From Paramoeba atlantica (lineage: Eukaryota > Protista > Discosea): DNA of 64,000 nt. Shown in pieces: positions 1 through 10,888 of the stretch. Each line of letters opens with the position of its first letter. The first letter of the stretch is position 1. The translations under genes were made by a program, and so were the position numbers. The notes under the pieces were generated by a model. It had not been told where the DNA came from, did not search any database, and saw nothing but the letters and a program-made list of their open reading frames with translations. The stretch is taken from assembly GCA_977017575.1 (NCBI GenBank), contig CDRNVI010000019.1:248001-312000 (forward strand), written 5' to 3'.

Positions 1-696
1 GGCAGAATTTGTTGTTGAAAGAGGTATTAAAAACTCTGCCACTCCCCGTTCTCATAAAGTACCTCAAGCTGTCGGAGAATACATTGTACATGCAGGTAAT
101 GCAGATAGCAATAAGAATGCTTACCCAATAAAGCAATAAGAATCCTTGCCTTACCAGACTAAAATTCTCTTCCCTTGTTATGATTTGTCTACAAAGTACG
201 TAAAACTATTTCATATATCATGTAAATCTTTTATATTTATACGCTTCACGAATAATCTTCGCTAAAAGAATTGGCTTCCTCGTATACGCTTACCCTATGA
301 GCGCATCCAAGAGAATAAATATAAATACACAAAGACATAATTTACATATTTAAATCATAAATTAAGAGTGTCGCCTATGATAGTCGATACAAGATACCCA
401 TCACTCTAATCGCGTTCCACACTTTCTGTCAGTTTAACAGACACTTAATTTATAAATGCACATGTGTTTGGCCAACGAAAAGTCGGGTCTAAACGTGCAA
501 GGCACAATGTATAGAAAGAAAACGTCAGTTACATAACTTCAGTATAGTCGAAAATCAAGCAAAACGTACACGCATCCGCACGGTACGTCTTGTGTGACGC
601 AGGGAGAAGGAAAAATGTTTTTACACGACAAAAACGCTAACGTGTATTTGGCGTCCATTTAAATCATTTATACATCCTACAAATCATTTGTGCATC

Positions 697-1452
697 CTAC
701 GCATCTGGAGCCTGTGAGCAAAAAAAGCTCTTTATGATATCGAGGACCTCATCTGCACATCGAGATTGAGACGCATCTTTTGGGTCACGTCGTGCCGCAA
801 AGAAGCCGTGGTGCATCGTGTCAAACCGCTTCCAAATATTTTTCGATGAAAAGGGTTTTTTGGATAATATATCTTGAATATCTTTCATGGACGGCTCGTC
901 CTTCGAGGTCAGCACACACAAAGGGGCGTTGCAAGTACGCGCATCGGTGACATCCAAAAATGACGGGTGCACGGCGGCGCATCCATGAAGAAAGCCGTCT
1001 CGCTGAGCACCCATCATTACTTTCGCTCCCCAACACATACCCAAGCCATACACAGTGCTTGCTCGTACACTATGCCTCTCACAATAATCCACCGCAGCAA
1101 TGTACTTCGGCTTTGCATGCTCATACTTTCCGTTTTCCTCTATCCAATTCAAAAGAGGTTTAAAGTCTTCCAAAGGCCACGGTTCCATTGGCCAAGACTT
1201 TCCTTCAAAAAAATCAGGAACAACAACAGTGTAATTTGTGCATTGAGACAACCTGTCACATATTTGCAGCGTACAAGGATGATAGCCGAATATGTCGTAT
1301 GTAACAACTATGGCCGCACTGCGCCCTTCTCCCGTCACATACATTTTTACCTCGTTGAATGTGATGAATTCACCAGCTAGTGCGTGGTCAGATTTCGAAA
1401 CTGGAATCGGGCTAACATTCGTAGGACAACATGGGTTTCCAGTGCCTGTCAT
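697..1452 (-). CDS. Dienelactone hydrolase family protein (alpha/beta hydrolase)
   Basis: Motifs DIFG, VVVPDFF, nucleophile elbow GMCWGAK, HPSF, KDE and MHHGF give the Cys-Asp/Glu-His triad typical of the DLH family. Confidence 0.9.
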   Translation of the reverse strand: MTGTGNPCCPTNVSPIPVSKSDHALAGEFITFNEVKMYVTGEGRSAAIVVTYDIFGYHPCTLQICDRLSQCTNYTVVVPDFFEGKSWPMEPWPLEDFKPLLNWIEENGKYEHAKPKYIAAVDYCERHSVRASTVYGLGMCWGAKVMMGAQRDGFLHGCAAVHPSFLDVTDARTCNAPLCVLTSKDEPSMKDIQDILSKKPFSSKNIWKRFDTMHHGFFAARRDPKDASQSRCADEVLDIIKSFFCSQAPDA

Positions 1453-1753
1453 TTTGCAAATATTGGTAAGTCTGCAGGAGATAATAATTACATGTATTAA
1501 AAATATATTTTGTGCGGCAGAATAAGCCTAGTCCAAGTTAATCATATAGTCCATCATATACGTATATTCCAAGTATAGTCCACGTATAGATTCGCACAGT
1601 ACAAGTCTGACAAGATCCGATACCCTAGAACGCAAGGCATTCATGACGTAGGAAAACAGCGTAAACAGTTCGTGCTTCGTAGCAATTATTTCATATCAAT
1701 TAATCACAATACGAATGTTGTGAACCAACAATATCCATGAATGGCCCATGCGC

Positions 1754-2863
1754 CTAACGCTGTTTATTATCATAGCCATCTCCAGTGACGACATTCCCAA
1801 CCTCAATCGGCTGAGTAACAATAACTCTGCCACCGTCGACAGCTGCGTTTGGAGAATGATTTCTATCCATAAGTGATCTACGGGGAAACACACATAAGCC
1901 TTTCACAATGCGCATTTCATTAGAGGCGATTAGAGTGTACAGCCCCATGAAATCTTCCAAAAAGAATGTTGGTTGTCGGAGAGCCGCCGAGAGCTGGAGG
2001 GCAAGGGAGGATACCTCGTTAAAAGCTGTAACCGACTCGTATCGGAGTTTTCCATATAGCGGGGCTATTTCTGGAAGTGTCAGGGGATGACGCTCTCGAA
2101 CCGTTGCTTGAGCGCAAATTCTTCCTAAAATAAGACATCGAAGGGCTACTGAAGAGCTCAAAAATGGGGCAACATTCGACTTCAGGTTCTGGGTGTTCGA
2201 TGATATTGACGAAGGGTTTTGCATTCCGGCTATGCATTTCTCAACATAGGCCTCGTAGGGTTTATTTCCGCAAATAGGACCGTGATAGGTATTCTCCGCA
2301 TTTTCGCGACAACTCGGAGAGCAGTAACGATCCGAACATTCTGCTGGATTTCTCCGACAGCGGAGCACAGAGCCAGTACGGACTTGATGTGCGCAATTAG
2401 CACAAATCTGGTCTGATAAGGTAACTACAATAGGATTTTCATGCCACAATACTTCGCCCGCTGCCCAGTATCGGGTGGCTACCCAACGAAGAGCACCGGA
2501 AGAACCTCTTTTTAGTTCAATTCCAGGTGGAAAATCAATGGATGTCGTATCCCCGAAGCAAGTAAGCTCTTCCTTACCATCCTTTGACTCAGGTAGAGTC
2601 GGAGGGTGTAAGGTCATTTTATTTCTTCGAAGGTATTCTACACTAGGGTCAGCCAATTCCGGTAATTTCAAAAGGTTGCCTATGGCCACTGTTAGTTGCA
2701 GAAGTTCGGTCTCTTTGTGATTAATCGCGAGTCCCCTCATACAGTAGTCTGCAGCTAGAGAAGGATACCCTTTTGATGATAAGGTTTTAGCTCTTTGCAC
2801 GCAGTGTTGCAGCCAATTTTGCTTGGCGACTTGTCGTGCCGCGTTTAACTTAATTCTGACCAT
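1754..2863 (-). CDS. SMYD-like SET/MYND zinc-finger protein with degenerate SET motifs
   Basis: WVATRYWAAGEVLWHENP (N-terminal SET half), CANC...C...C...YCSPSC...YH...C (MYND finger), FPRRSLMDRNHSPNA (C-terminal SET half). Confidence 0.75.
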   Translation of the reverse strand: MVRIKLNAARQVAKQNWLQHCVQRAKTLSSKGYPSLAADYCMRGLAINHKETELLQLTVAIGNLLKLPELADPSVEYLRRNKMTLHPPTLPESKDGKEELTCFGDTTSIDFPPGIELKRGSSGALRWVATRYWAAGEVLWHENPIVVTLSDQICANCAHQVRTGSVLRCRRNPAECSDRYCSPSCRENAENTYHGPICGNKPYEAYVEKCIAGMQNPSSISSNTQNLKSNVAPFLSSSVALRCLILGRICAQATVRERHPLTLPEIAPLYGKLRYESVTAFNEVSSLALQLSAALRQPTFFLEDFMGLYTLIASNEMRIVKGLCVFPRRSLMDRNHSPNAAVDGGRVIVTQPIEVGNVVTGDGYDNKQR

Positions 2864-3126
2864 AAAAGAGCCCTAGTTCGATATAAATAGTAGCTAGAAA
2901 ACTAGAAACCTTAGAATTCGAACTGTTTCCATGACGTATTCTAGAAAAATATATACAGTATAACTGTAAATGGGGTACGCGGAGTAAATATAATGTGACA
3001 TTATCATCAGAGAAACGTATCTTCGGGAGTACCACTAGGCAATGAATCCACTCGTCTTGGTTCTAAAATATGTGGGAAATATCAAACGAAGTCGACGCCT
3101 CTCCAAGCACTTTGACAAGAACAGAT

Positions 3127-4626
3127 CTAGAACTGCATAGAAGTTGAAGCCTTTTTGAGACTATCTACCTTTGAACGTCCCGGAAGTGCGGCAGTCTTCT
3201 TCACTGGGCCGCTCGACGTACCAACTTGAGATGAAGCAGGAATAGTACCAACTTGCGATTTCTCTTCAGTAGGCACACGTAACGGTTGTGGTAGTGAAGT
3301 GGTAGCGTGAGATACGGCTCGCCCTGGATCCCAACCTGCCATGTGTTGTGCACTAACACTTGGACTCCACGGCGTTGGCATCGGCGCGGGCAAATGACTC
3401 GGAACCCTCACCGCATCCGCCTTCCTCACACCCCCCTCCCCTGCGGGAATCCCCTTTGAGGCATCACTCACAACCACACACTGTGTCTCCGGCATCCCCC
3501 TCCGCCCACCGCCGGCTCGCGCGCCTTCTCCTGTTCCGACCTCCTCCTTTCCCCGTGCCCCCCAACGCCACTCCGCTAACGCCATCTCCGCCTGCCGCGG
3601 CCCCGCAGTAAGCACATCCCCCCACTTCCCCTTCGGGTGGATCGCATCTGTCGGGGGTCGACCCCACTGCCCGCGGTCATGCCCCCAACTCGTCCCCGGC
3701 GGCAGCGGCGCATTCACCCCCGGGAGCAACAACGAGGGATACCCCGGCGGGGGGCCATGGACCTGCATGTGCACCAGCCACGGAGGGGGATACGGCGTCG
3801 ACACCCCCGCCGGCATCCCCAGTGCCACCCGCAGCCGGCTCGAGAGGAACCCGGGCTGCACATCACGATGGCCCGGGGCCCGACGCTCCCCCTCGGTGTA
3901 CAGCACCCCGAGCTCCGCACACACCCCGCTGGAGACTTTGGTGAAACAGTCACGTAGGGCGTCGTAGTCGGGTCGTGGGGCAACGAGTGCGTTACTCCCC
4001 TTGGATGCGGCCGTGCCGTGGTGCTGGCTGGCACGTGCCTTGTCGACGTAGTACTTGCGTATCGTAGCGACTCGAGTCCCCGCGACATCCGCGGGTAACT
4101 CGTACCGCAGATTCGAGGAGCGCTGGGAGAGGTATTTCCGACGGTGACTCCAGTGTTGGGGGACGGGGACGTAGTTGCGGTAGGTACGGAGGTGGACCGC
4201 GGCGATGGGGTCATTGGCATTGATGTCGTGGAGATCTACAGCCTCGGGGCGGTATACCGCGAGTTTGAGACGGCCAACCGTCCAGGGGTCCGTCTTGCGT
4301 TTCTGACGTAGAGTTGTGGGAGGATTAGGTACCGCATTTCCGGCGGCAGCCTTTTCTGTAGTCGAGGTTGTCATGTCATGCTCTTCTTCGTCATGCTCTT
4401 CTTTGGTTTCGTCTGCTTCTATAGATGATTCGTTTTTTCGAGAGTGAAAGCGAGTGATCATTTCTTGAATTTCAGGATCATACTCCTCGATCGCCCTTGG
4501 GACGATCGGGACCACACGTGCAGCTTTGCCCTTAGAGCCAGCTTTTCCTTTTGCTTGCTTTCTTTTGGATATTGAATTGGCAGTTTGCGGCTCAAATTTT
4601 ATGAATTTCCGAGGTTTGGCTGTCAT
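3127..4626 (-). CDS. SF3B2: Splicing factor 3B subunit 2 (SAP145/Cus1)
   Basis: DUF382-like LKLAVYRPEAVDLHDINANDP...RNYVPVPQHWSHRRKYL and PSP-like LRVALGM...PPPWLVHMQVHGPPPGYPSLLLPGVNAPLP...WGRPP. Confidence 0.92.
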   Translation of the reverse strand: MTAKPRKFIKFEPQTANSISKRKQAKGKAGSKGKAARVVPIVPRAIEEYDPEIQEMITRFHSRKNESSIEADETKEEHDEEEHDMTTSTTEKAAAGNAVPNPPTTLRQKRKTDPWTVGRLKLAVYRPEAVDLHDINANDPIAAVHLRTYRNYVPVPQHWSHRRKYLSQRSSNLRYELPADVAGTRVATIRKYYVDKARASQHHGTAASKGSNALVAPRPDYDALRDCFTKVSSGVCAELGVLYTEGERRAPGHRDVQPGFLSSRLRVALGMPAGVSTPYPPPWLVHMQVHGPPPGYPSLLLPGVNAPLPPGTSWGHDRGQWGRPPTDAIHPKGKWGDVLTAGPRQAEMALAEWRWGARGKEEVGTGEGARAGGGRRGMPETQCVVVSDASKGIPAGEGGVRKADAVRVPSHLPAPMPTPWSPSVSAQHMAGWDPGRAVSHATTSLPQPLRVPTEEKSQVGTIPASSQVGTSSGPVKKTAALPGRSKVDSLKKASTSMQF

Positions 4627-4854
4627 AACGAACGTTAGTATCGAAAAGGAAAGAACTTATAAGACTTGGAAAGCATATATAAAAAGATTTAACTTGAAAA
4701 AATATTCATTCAACGTAAAAACTGATTTTGCGCTTAAAGGATCGTAATTTTATATTCACTCACATTTTACAATTGTACGTTTACCTGTGTCACGTGTAAT
4801 TCTTGATGTATTCAACTTTTTGTGATGCAGGAATATTCACTCGTCCTCGTTTTC

Positions 4855-5418
4855 CTAGTCGTGCGGAGACCACTTCGGTGAATCTAGTACAACAGTTGTG
4901 GGACCTTCATTGCACAGGCTCACATGTGAAAATGCACCAAAGGCACCCGTGTGTACGCGCGCCGGAACATATTTTTTACGAACAAGCTCTGCAAAAGAGT
5001 CAAACATGTCCCGGGCTTTTTCGCTGGACATCGCTTTTCGAAAATCTGGCTTGTGACCCTTTAATTGCTGGCAAAGCGTGAATTGGGAAACGAGCATGAC
5101 ATCACCAGCAATTGCTGTTACGGATTTACTCCATCGCCCACTTTCAGGACGCGTTTCCTGAACGGCAATCTCAGACTCATTTGAAGCCTCGCCACTTTTT
5201 AGAGATCCGCTTCTGTCTCGGACTTTATTTTCCAAAGAATCGGTCAACGAGAATAATCGAATATTAAGAATTTTATTTGCCATCCATTCCATGTCATTCA
5301 CTGTGTCATCGTGGAATATACCAACTAGAATGCAAAGTCCGGGACCGGAGATTGAGCTTATGAGCCGCTCCTCCACTTTAACACTTGCACTTATTATGCG
5401 TTCAATAACGCACCTCAT
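4855..5418 (-). CDS. DTD1: D-aminoacyl-tRNA deacylase
   Basis: MRCVIERI...GLCILVGI, signature SQFTL, KGHKPDF, GAFGA and the Gly-cisPro motif NEGPTT. Confidence 0.95.
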   Translation of the reverse strand: MRCVIERIISASVKVEERLISSISGPGLCILVGIFHDDTVNDMEWMANKILNIRLFSLTDSLENKVRDRSGSLKSGEASNESEIAVQETRPESGRWSKSVTAIAGDVMLVSQFTLCQQLKGHKPDFRKAMSSEKARDMFDSFAELVRKKYVPARVHTGAFGAFSHVSLCNEGPTTVVLDSPKWSPHD

Positions 5419-5549
5419 CTATAAGTTGGAGTAGTAAAATATACTGCAACACATTATTTGAATATCAAACTGGACCCCAAAGAAAGGTCTTTAAAAGAGC
5501 AGGTACATTTCTCTTACCATTTCATGAATGTACATGTGAATAAACATTG

Positions 5550-6602
5550 TCAATCTGTAAACGAGGCATCCATGTTGGAAAGAAATTCCATTTCTTTCTC
5601 TATATTCTTACGGCTGAATCTGTCCCGAGACGCTGATGAGGAGAAGAGAGGTCGAGTATAGAGACCATCACCTTTCGTTTCTTCCCGAGCCACCTCGGCA
5701 AGTCGTTGATCATACAACGCTTCGTGAGATGCAGGCAATTCCCGATTCTCACCATCCCCAAGTGCCAATATTTCCGTAAGATCCCTCTGGAACTCTACAT
5801 CCACCCCCGTACGCCGCCGAATGCCCTCCATCCTCAACTGTTGCCGGTGAACCTCCCTTCGTTGTTCCCCCAACACCTTCTCCCGTTCCCTGCGATCCCT
5901 ACGCTCGTCCTCACTCTCCCGCCCCCGCGCCGCCCTCAGTTCTTTCTCATACCGCTGCGCGTCGCGCTCGGCCAGCGCTCGCAGCTCGGCCTCCTCCCTC
6001 GCGGCCACCGCCTCCGCCAGGCGCCGTTCCTCCCCCGCCCGTCGCTCCATCTCGTTCCGGGTCTTCGCCTCGATCCGGCTCGCATGGGCGCGCAGCTTGG
6101 TGTGCCTCTCCCCGGGTTGGATGAAATCCTCCGCGGGGTTCTGCAGCGCCCGAACCTCCAGCGGGATCACATGGCCCAGCGGGTTCACGTAGTTCGACAC
6201 GCAGGAGGGGATGTTCCACTCCGCGCGCTCCGCAGGGGTGAGCGCACGCGGGGGGGAGCGCTCGGACCGGCCAGGGGGGCTGGACGCACGAGCCGGGAGA
6301 GCGGCATGGGGAGCGGAGGCTCCTTTGTGGGAGGCTCGCTTCCTCGGGCGCAGCGGGTCGTTGTGCTGTTCCGCAATCTCAAGGACATGGGAGGAGGGGG
6401 AGGGGGAGGGGGAGGGGGAGGGGGCATTGTGGTGAGTGTATTGGAGTAACTTGGGGGTTGTGGAGGAGGGGGTGGGGGTGGTGGAGTTTGGGTCCTCGAT
6501 ACCGAGCTCACGGTATCGAGCTTGGAGGGCGAGGCGCGTGAGATGGAGATTGTGCTCAATTTCGGCGTTGGAGGGTCTGGGGGGTAGGTGTACCGCGCTC
6601 AT
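5550..6602 (-). CDS. PRP45: SNW/SKIP (Prp45) spliceosomal protein
   Basis: WNIPSCVSNYVNPLGHVIPLEVR matches the SNW-domain core WKIPPCISNWKNxKGYTIPLDKR. It is followed by a charged coiled coil, LYDQRL and LYTRPLF. Confidence 0.88.
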   Translation of the reverse strand: MSAVHLPPRPSNAEIEHNLHLTRLALQARYRELGIEDPNSTTPTPSSTTPKLLQYTHHNAPSPSPSPSPSSHVLEIAEQHNDPLRPRKRASHKGASAPHAALPARASSPPGRSERSPPRALTPAERAEWNIPSCVSNYVNPLGHVIPLEVRALQNPAEDFIQPGERHTKLRAHASRIEAKTRNEMERRAGEERRLAEAVAAREEAELRALAERDAQRYEKELRAARGRESEDERRDRREREKVLGEQRREVHRQQLRMEGIRRRTGVDVEFQRDLTEILALGDGENRELPASHEALYDQRLAEVAREETKGDGLYTRPLFSSSASRDRFSRKNIEKEMEFLSNMDASFTD

Positions 6603-6890
6603 GGTTGTGGAGAGGAATGAGGCAGTAGTTATGAAAGAGTTTAAAAATTAAGACAAAAGTACGATTAAAGGGAAGTGCACGAAGACGCTTGAATACTACA
6701 TACATACATGTTTATATGTTTGAATGTGTATATGAGGGACCGTATCATGTGCTTCTGGAATAGAAAATCGCAGTGCCGTTTGAGTGGGATCCACTTATCC
6801 GAGGTTATGTAGGGGGCTTACATGGTTGGCTTACATGATTATCAGCGAACTCGATCAAGCACATCATAGCTCATGCATTCACGCTAGTTT

Positions 6891-8009
6891 TCAAGTACAG
6901 AAAGAACTCAAGCATCGCACAAACGTTTGCACTCTATCTTCGATACCGCGCTGCCGAGATATCCTTCGAGATTTTATGAGAGGAAAATGATCGAGATTAT
7001 TGCGTTCTTTTGATAGTTTGACAGATTTTTTTCGTGGTGAGAGAAGAACATGTTGTCGTTCACCCTCCTTCCCCGAAAGGCGTTCCCCTTTTATGGTAAT
7101 CGCAGGAACATCATCGGGAATAACAAATTTGTAAAGGTTGTAGAAGTTGCAATATTTCACAAGGTGAGGCGGCAATTCCTTGCGATCAATATACGACGAA
7201 TATGGAAGATAACGCACACCATTGCGTGCATATTTTCTTAATAGATTAATGATGCTATTTGACTCCATTCTGTCATTCATATGGCCTGTTCGCGCGTAGG
7301 AATCAAGCAGATCCTTTGTCTCTTTGCGGGTCTGAGTTATGCGACGCATTCGGTTGTGCGCAGTTTTTGCAAGAATGCAAGACGTGGGAGCTAGCACTCC
7401 GAAACGCACGAGAGGAGCTACAATGCTTCCAATATGGTGTAACCCGGCATAATGTTGAACGGCAAGACATGTGAGCTCCTTGTTTGGCGAATTTGAGTCA
7501 AGCGCCGCTAGTAGGTCTAGATTATTCGTTTCTCTTAATGCTAAACCTAGAAGAAGTAAGCGGCACATAAATGATTTTCGATAGTCAGTCAAAGGCATCA
7601 TGGGCAGGAGATGGCGTACCAATGTGTTAAAAGAAATCGAATGCCGAGCATTACATTCGCGTGCTAGGTTGGTACAGTGTTTCATGCATAAAAGTGAAGG
7701 TAGCGGTATATTTATATCTTCACGTGACTTACAGTTTTGCAAGCAGTCATGAACGTAAACAAAAGCGTGCTCTCCCGAAGCATCCGTAATCTTAGTGGAG
7801 GCGTTGCCCTCATTGCGCTTGTTCCTTGAATGTGAAGGACGTGTGTTTATTCCGTTATATGTGTTTGCTAGTGGATAAAAAATATCAAAGAGGCCATTCG
7901 GGTATTTTCTACGGAACGTAGTTGAGGAGGGTAATTCTGATCTAGCATGAAATCGAGGGTTATGTGAGATAGCGTCCGAGACCTCTTTTGATATGGATAC
8001 AACCTCCAT
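6891..8009 (-). CDS. Hypothetical protein (372 aa)
   Basis: Long ATG ORF that fills the gap in the minus-strand cluster. No family recognised. Confidence 0.7.
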   Translation of the reverse strand: MEVVSISKEVSDAISHNPRFHARSELPSSTTFRRKYPNGLFDIFYPLANTYNGINTRPSHSRNKRNEGNASTKITDASGEHAFVYVHDCLQNCKSREDINIPLPSLLCMKHCTNLARECNARHSISFNTLVRHLLPMMPLTDYRKSFMCRLLLLGLALRETNNLDLLAALDSNSPNKELTCLAVQHYAGLHHIGSIVAPLVRFGVLAPTSCILAKTAHNRMRRITQTRKETKDLLDSYARTGHMNDRMESNSIINLLRKYARNGVRYLPYSSYIDRKELPPHLVKYCNFYNLYKFVIPDDVPAITIKGERLSGKEGERQHVLLSPRKKSVKLSKERNNLDHFPLIKSRRISRQRGIEDRVQTFVRCLSSFCT

Positions 8010-8203
8010 GAACGCATGAGTATTACAGTGTAGGGGACCGGTGTTTCATACTATACTTTACTTTAACGTTTACAGAATAGTTTTTCATTATGATTTAGTT
8101 ATTTGTTCGGTTATTTTACATGTATATTCATCTGAATGACGTAAATATCGCACGTACAACATGAATTTAATTTCATTACAAGAGAAAACCATTGATGCAT
8201 CAT

Positions 8204-10570
8204 TCATTCATTAACCAGGTGAGCGCGTGTGCTTATGTCCGGTATGTATCCTGTCGTCTCACGGCGTCCTACAATTGGTGCAGTAGGTTCTAATGCACCA
8301 AGGGATCTGAGTTCTTCTAAACTGTACAGCGATTTTCCGATATCCTTGGAGGTGTCTCTACTTTGTGCCATTTCGCGAAAAAAGCGTTCTACTAGGCAAA
8401 TGCAGGCATCGGCACTGACATTCGTATTTTCACCCAGACAATTCGCGATCCAGGGGGGTAACTTTGCCACCTTTTCTTGCAATGCGTACCTCCTGTCCGC
8501 TAATATCATCACGCCATAGTCAGCCTTGTTGCGTAGAACACGACCAACGCATTGTGCAGATTGCCTCATGGCATCGAATGTGACATACTCGGTTTCGGAT
8601 ATGTTGAGACTTTCTTCCATCCATCGCTTTCGTTCGTTTAGAGCTCTCTCTTCAGGTGGTAGAAAAGGAACACCAATCATAATCACACAGCGACCATATT
8701 GAGAGTCAAAGTCAATCCCTTCAGAAATTTTACCTCTAGCTATGCTAAAAAATACAGCGCCACGTCCAATGTCACACGCACGGCGATAGTTAGCAAGAGC
8801 AAGAGCCGTCTCCTCAACATCCTGGCTTTCAATAAACACCAATTTGTGCTTTGTTATTTCGGAGACAAGGCCCGATGTCATCCATGCATGAAGTACCTTT
8901 CCCATGTACATGTACCCAGGAAAGAAACAAACCATTCCATCAGGAACTACAGCTGCAAGCGAACTAACCAATTTTCCATAATTTGATACCACCGCAGGTT
9001 GTACTGAATCGTTTTGTCGTGTTTTGTAACTAGTGTTTAGTTCAACGAGTTCTGTGGACATTGACATTTGATCTGCCCCGCGAGTAACGACAATGGGAGC
9101 AATGCACCTCCTCGTGAGTGTCATTTCAAATGTTTTCGCGATCATTGGAGTGAAGCCTAATATCTTGGGAAAAATGTGCAGCGGACTGAGCGTACCACTC
9201 GTTAAGATTACATTGTTGTAGGACGAGAAAACGGGGCGCATTGCCACCGCAGCATCAAGACAACATAATTGAAGTACTGGATCGGGAGTACGTTGAATGT
9301 TCGTTGGGTCGAAAGGCTCGTATACAACAGAAAACCCATCGTTTTGATAAACGGCTAAAAGGGTTGCGAAGTCTGCCACTAGGCTTAGATGCCGATATGC
9401 ATACGCATCTGAAATTTCTAGTGTGTTCATGAGAAGTCGCAATCTTTCAGAAAAAAACTTAAGCTGTGCGGTGTCAAGACCGATTTCTTGCTTCAATTTT
9501 TCCAGAAAGAGGGGAGGCTTGCATACATACACAGTACTCATAGTAAATACGTATTTATGGAGAAATCCGATCAGCTTGCGCATCATGTGTATAAAATGAT
9601 CGGCTCGCCTCATCCTACCAGAAACCGCTTCTCTTTCCATGTCTTGAAGCAACTGAGGTGGGTCCAGTATGCGATCCGTGTCTTGCATACCACTCAATGC
9701 GAAACCTTCAACCAATTTCTTGTATTCGTCACGCAGTCGATCGACGTTGTCCTTTTCAATTTCCGAGTATTTATTCCGAAGACCATCAATATTTGCTCGC
9801 TGTGCGATTTCAATATCGCGCTGTGTGAGAGTGATGCTAAGCGCTTCAATACACACATCGTCCACGTTATGTCCTTCGTCAAGAATTACGATGCTGTTGG
9901 ATGACAGACGCGACTGGACTACGGCGCTCAACTTCGGATCAACTAAATAAGTGTAACTATGCACCAGAAAATCAGCATATTCAACCGCGTGGCGCGCCAT
10001 CCAATATGGGCAGTGCCCTCTTGCCCGTCCAAGACGTCGTAAATCTTCCAAAGCATATACCCCTGTAGGCAGAACGCATTGTCCCACCCCTGCGGCCTCT
10101 TCTACATCATTAAAATAGCCACACGCTGTGCGACCTGAATCTCGCAGCCACGATGCAGTCAAACGCCGGCATGCAGAGTCTACTTGGGCACCATATCCTT
10201 GCGTGTACACGTCCTCATGAATGCACATGTTCTTCCGAGCAGAGAGACCAATTGCAAGTAATGGTTTCAAGGGCGTCCCACTCTTTTCCCAATATTGAAT
10301 CAGCCTTCTGAGCTCTTCAAGCACTTTACTCATTTCGACTACGGTTCGAGTGCAGTATACGATTTTTCCGACGTCAATTTTATACGTGTTCCAGTAGGCA
10401 ACCAACAAAGACAGAAGAGATATCGTCTTGCCAGTGCCACTGGGCATTTCCAATAATAAGTGCCCTTTGCGATCGAGGCCATGCTTCAATTCCTGCATGT
10501 ATTTAAACTGCTCGGGGTAAATGTAGTCATACGGAAAAAGCACCTCCAGCTCCTCGATGTAGAAACGCAT
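8204..10570 (-). CDS. XPD: TFIIH helicase XPD (Rad3/ERCC2)
   Basis: MRFYIEELEVLFPYDYIYPEQ, Walker A EMPSGTGKT, Fe-S cysteines (KNMCIH, SACRR, ACGYF, HCPY), DEGH, TSGTLSP, RGKISEGIDF, QCVGRVLR. Confidence 0.98.
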   Translation of the reverse strand: MRFYIEELEVLFPYDYIYPEQFKYMQELKHGLDRKGHLLLEMPSGTGKTISLLSLLVAYWNTYKIDVGKIVYCTRTVVEMSKVLEELRRLIQYWEKSGTPLKPLLAIGLSARKNMCIHEDVYTQGYGAQVDSACRRLTASWLRDSGRTACGYFNDVEEAAGVGQCVLPTGVYALEDLRRLGRARGHCPYWMARHAVEYADFLVHSYTYLVDPKLSAVVQSRLSSNSIVILDEGHNVDDVCIEALSITLTQRDIEIAQRANIDGLRNKYSEIEKDNVDRLRDEYKKLVEGFALSGMQDTDRILDPPQLLQDMEREAVSGRMRRADHFIHMMRKLIGFLHKYVFTMSTVYVCKPPLFLEKLKQEIGLDTAQLKFFSERLRLLMNTLEISDAYAYRHLSLVADFATLLAVYQNDGFSVVYEPFDPTNIQRTPDPVLQLCCLDAAVAMRPVFSSYNNVILTSGTLSPLHIFPKILGFTPMIAKTFEMTLTRRCIAPIVVTRGADQMSMSTELVELNTSYKTRQNDSVQPAVVSNYGKLVSSLAAVVPDGMVCFFPGYMYMGKVLHAWMTSGLVSEITKHKLVFIESQDVEETALALANYRRACDIGRGAVFFSIARGKISEGIDFDSQYGRCVIMIGVPFLPPEERALNERKRWMEESLNISETEYVTFDAMRQSAQCVGRVLRNKADYGVMILADRRYALQEKVAKLPPWIANCLGENTNVSADACICLVERFFREMAQSRDTSKDIGKSLYSLEELRSLGALEPTAPIVGRRETTGYIPDISTRAHLVNE

Positions 10571-10888
10571 CCTTCAGGTACTCGCTACTTAGCACAAAGT
10601 CTATGCAAGTTATATGCAAGTTAATTCATGTAATTGATACGAAAATAGTCAATCTAAGTAAGATTTTTCAAAGAATATCAAATTTTTTAAAGTGCGTTTC
10701 CAGACGAGGAAGTGAAATACACTTACAACGTGTTATCCTTTTTAAAATCGTATCAATAAAGTAATAAAGTGTACCGCCCATATGATGAGCAACCAATATC
10801 TCACAGCAGGCTGGATACATTTTGTGTCGCATAGCTGAGCGTAGCCTAGAATTCTATTCTACTTCACCCAAGTAAAAAGCTGCACCTA

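Noticed and set aside
1-206. Open minus-strand frame running off the left edge
   Set aside because: It may be the start of a gene outside the window, but only about 30 codons follow the first ATG and no motif is recognisable.
661-700. 20-bp tandem duplication over the DLH stop codon
   Set aside because: A local slippage duplication with no further pattern.
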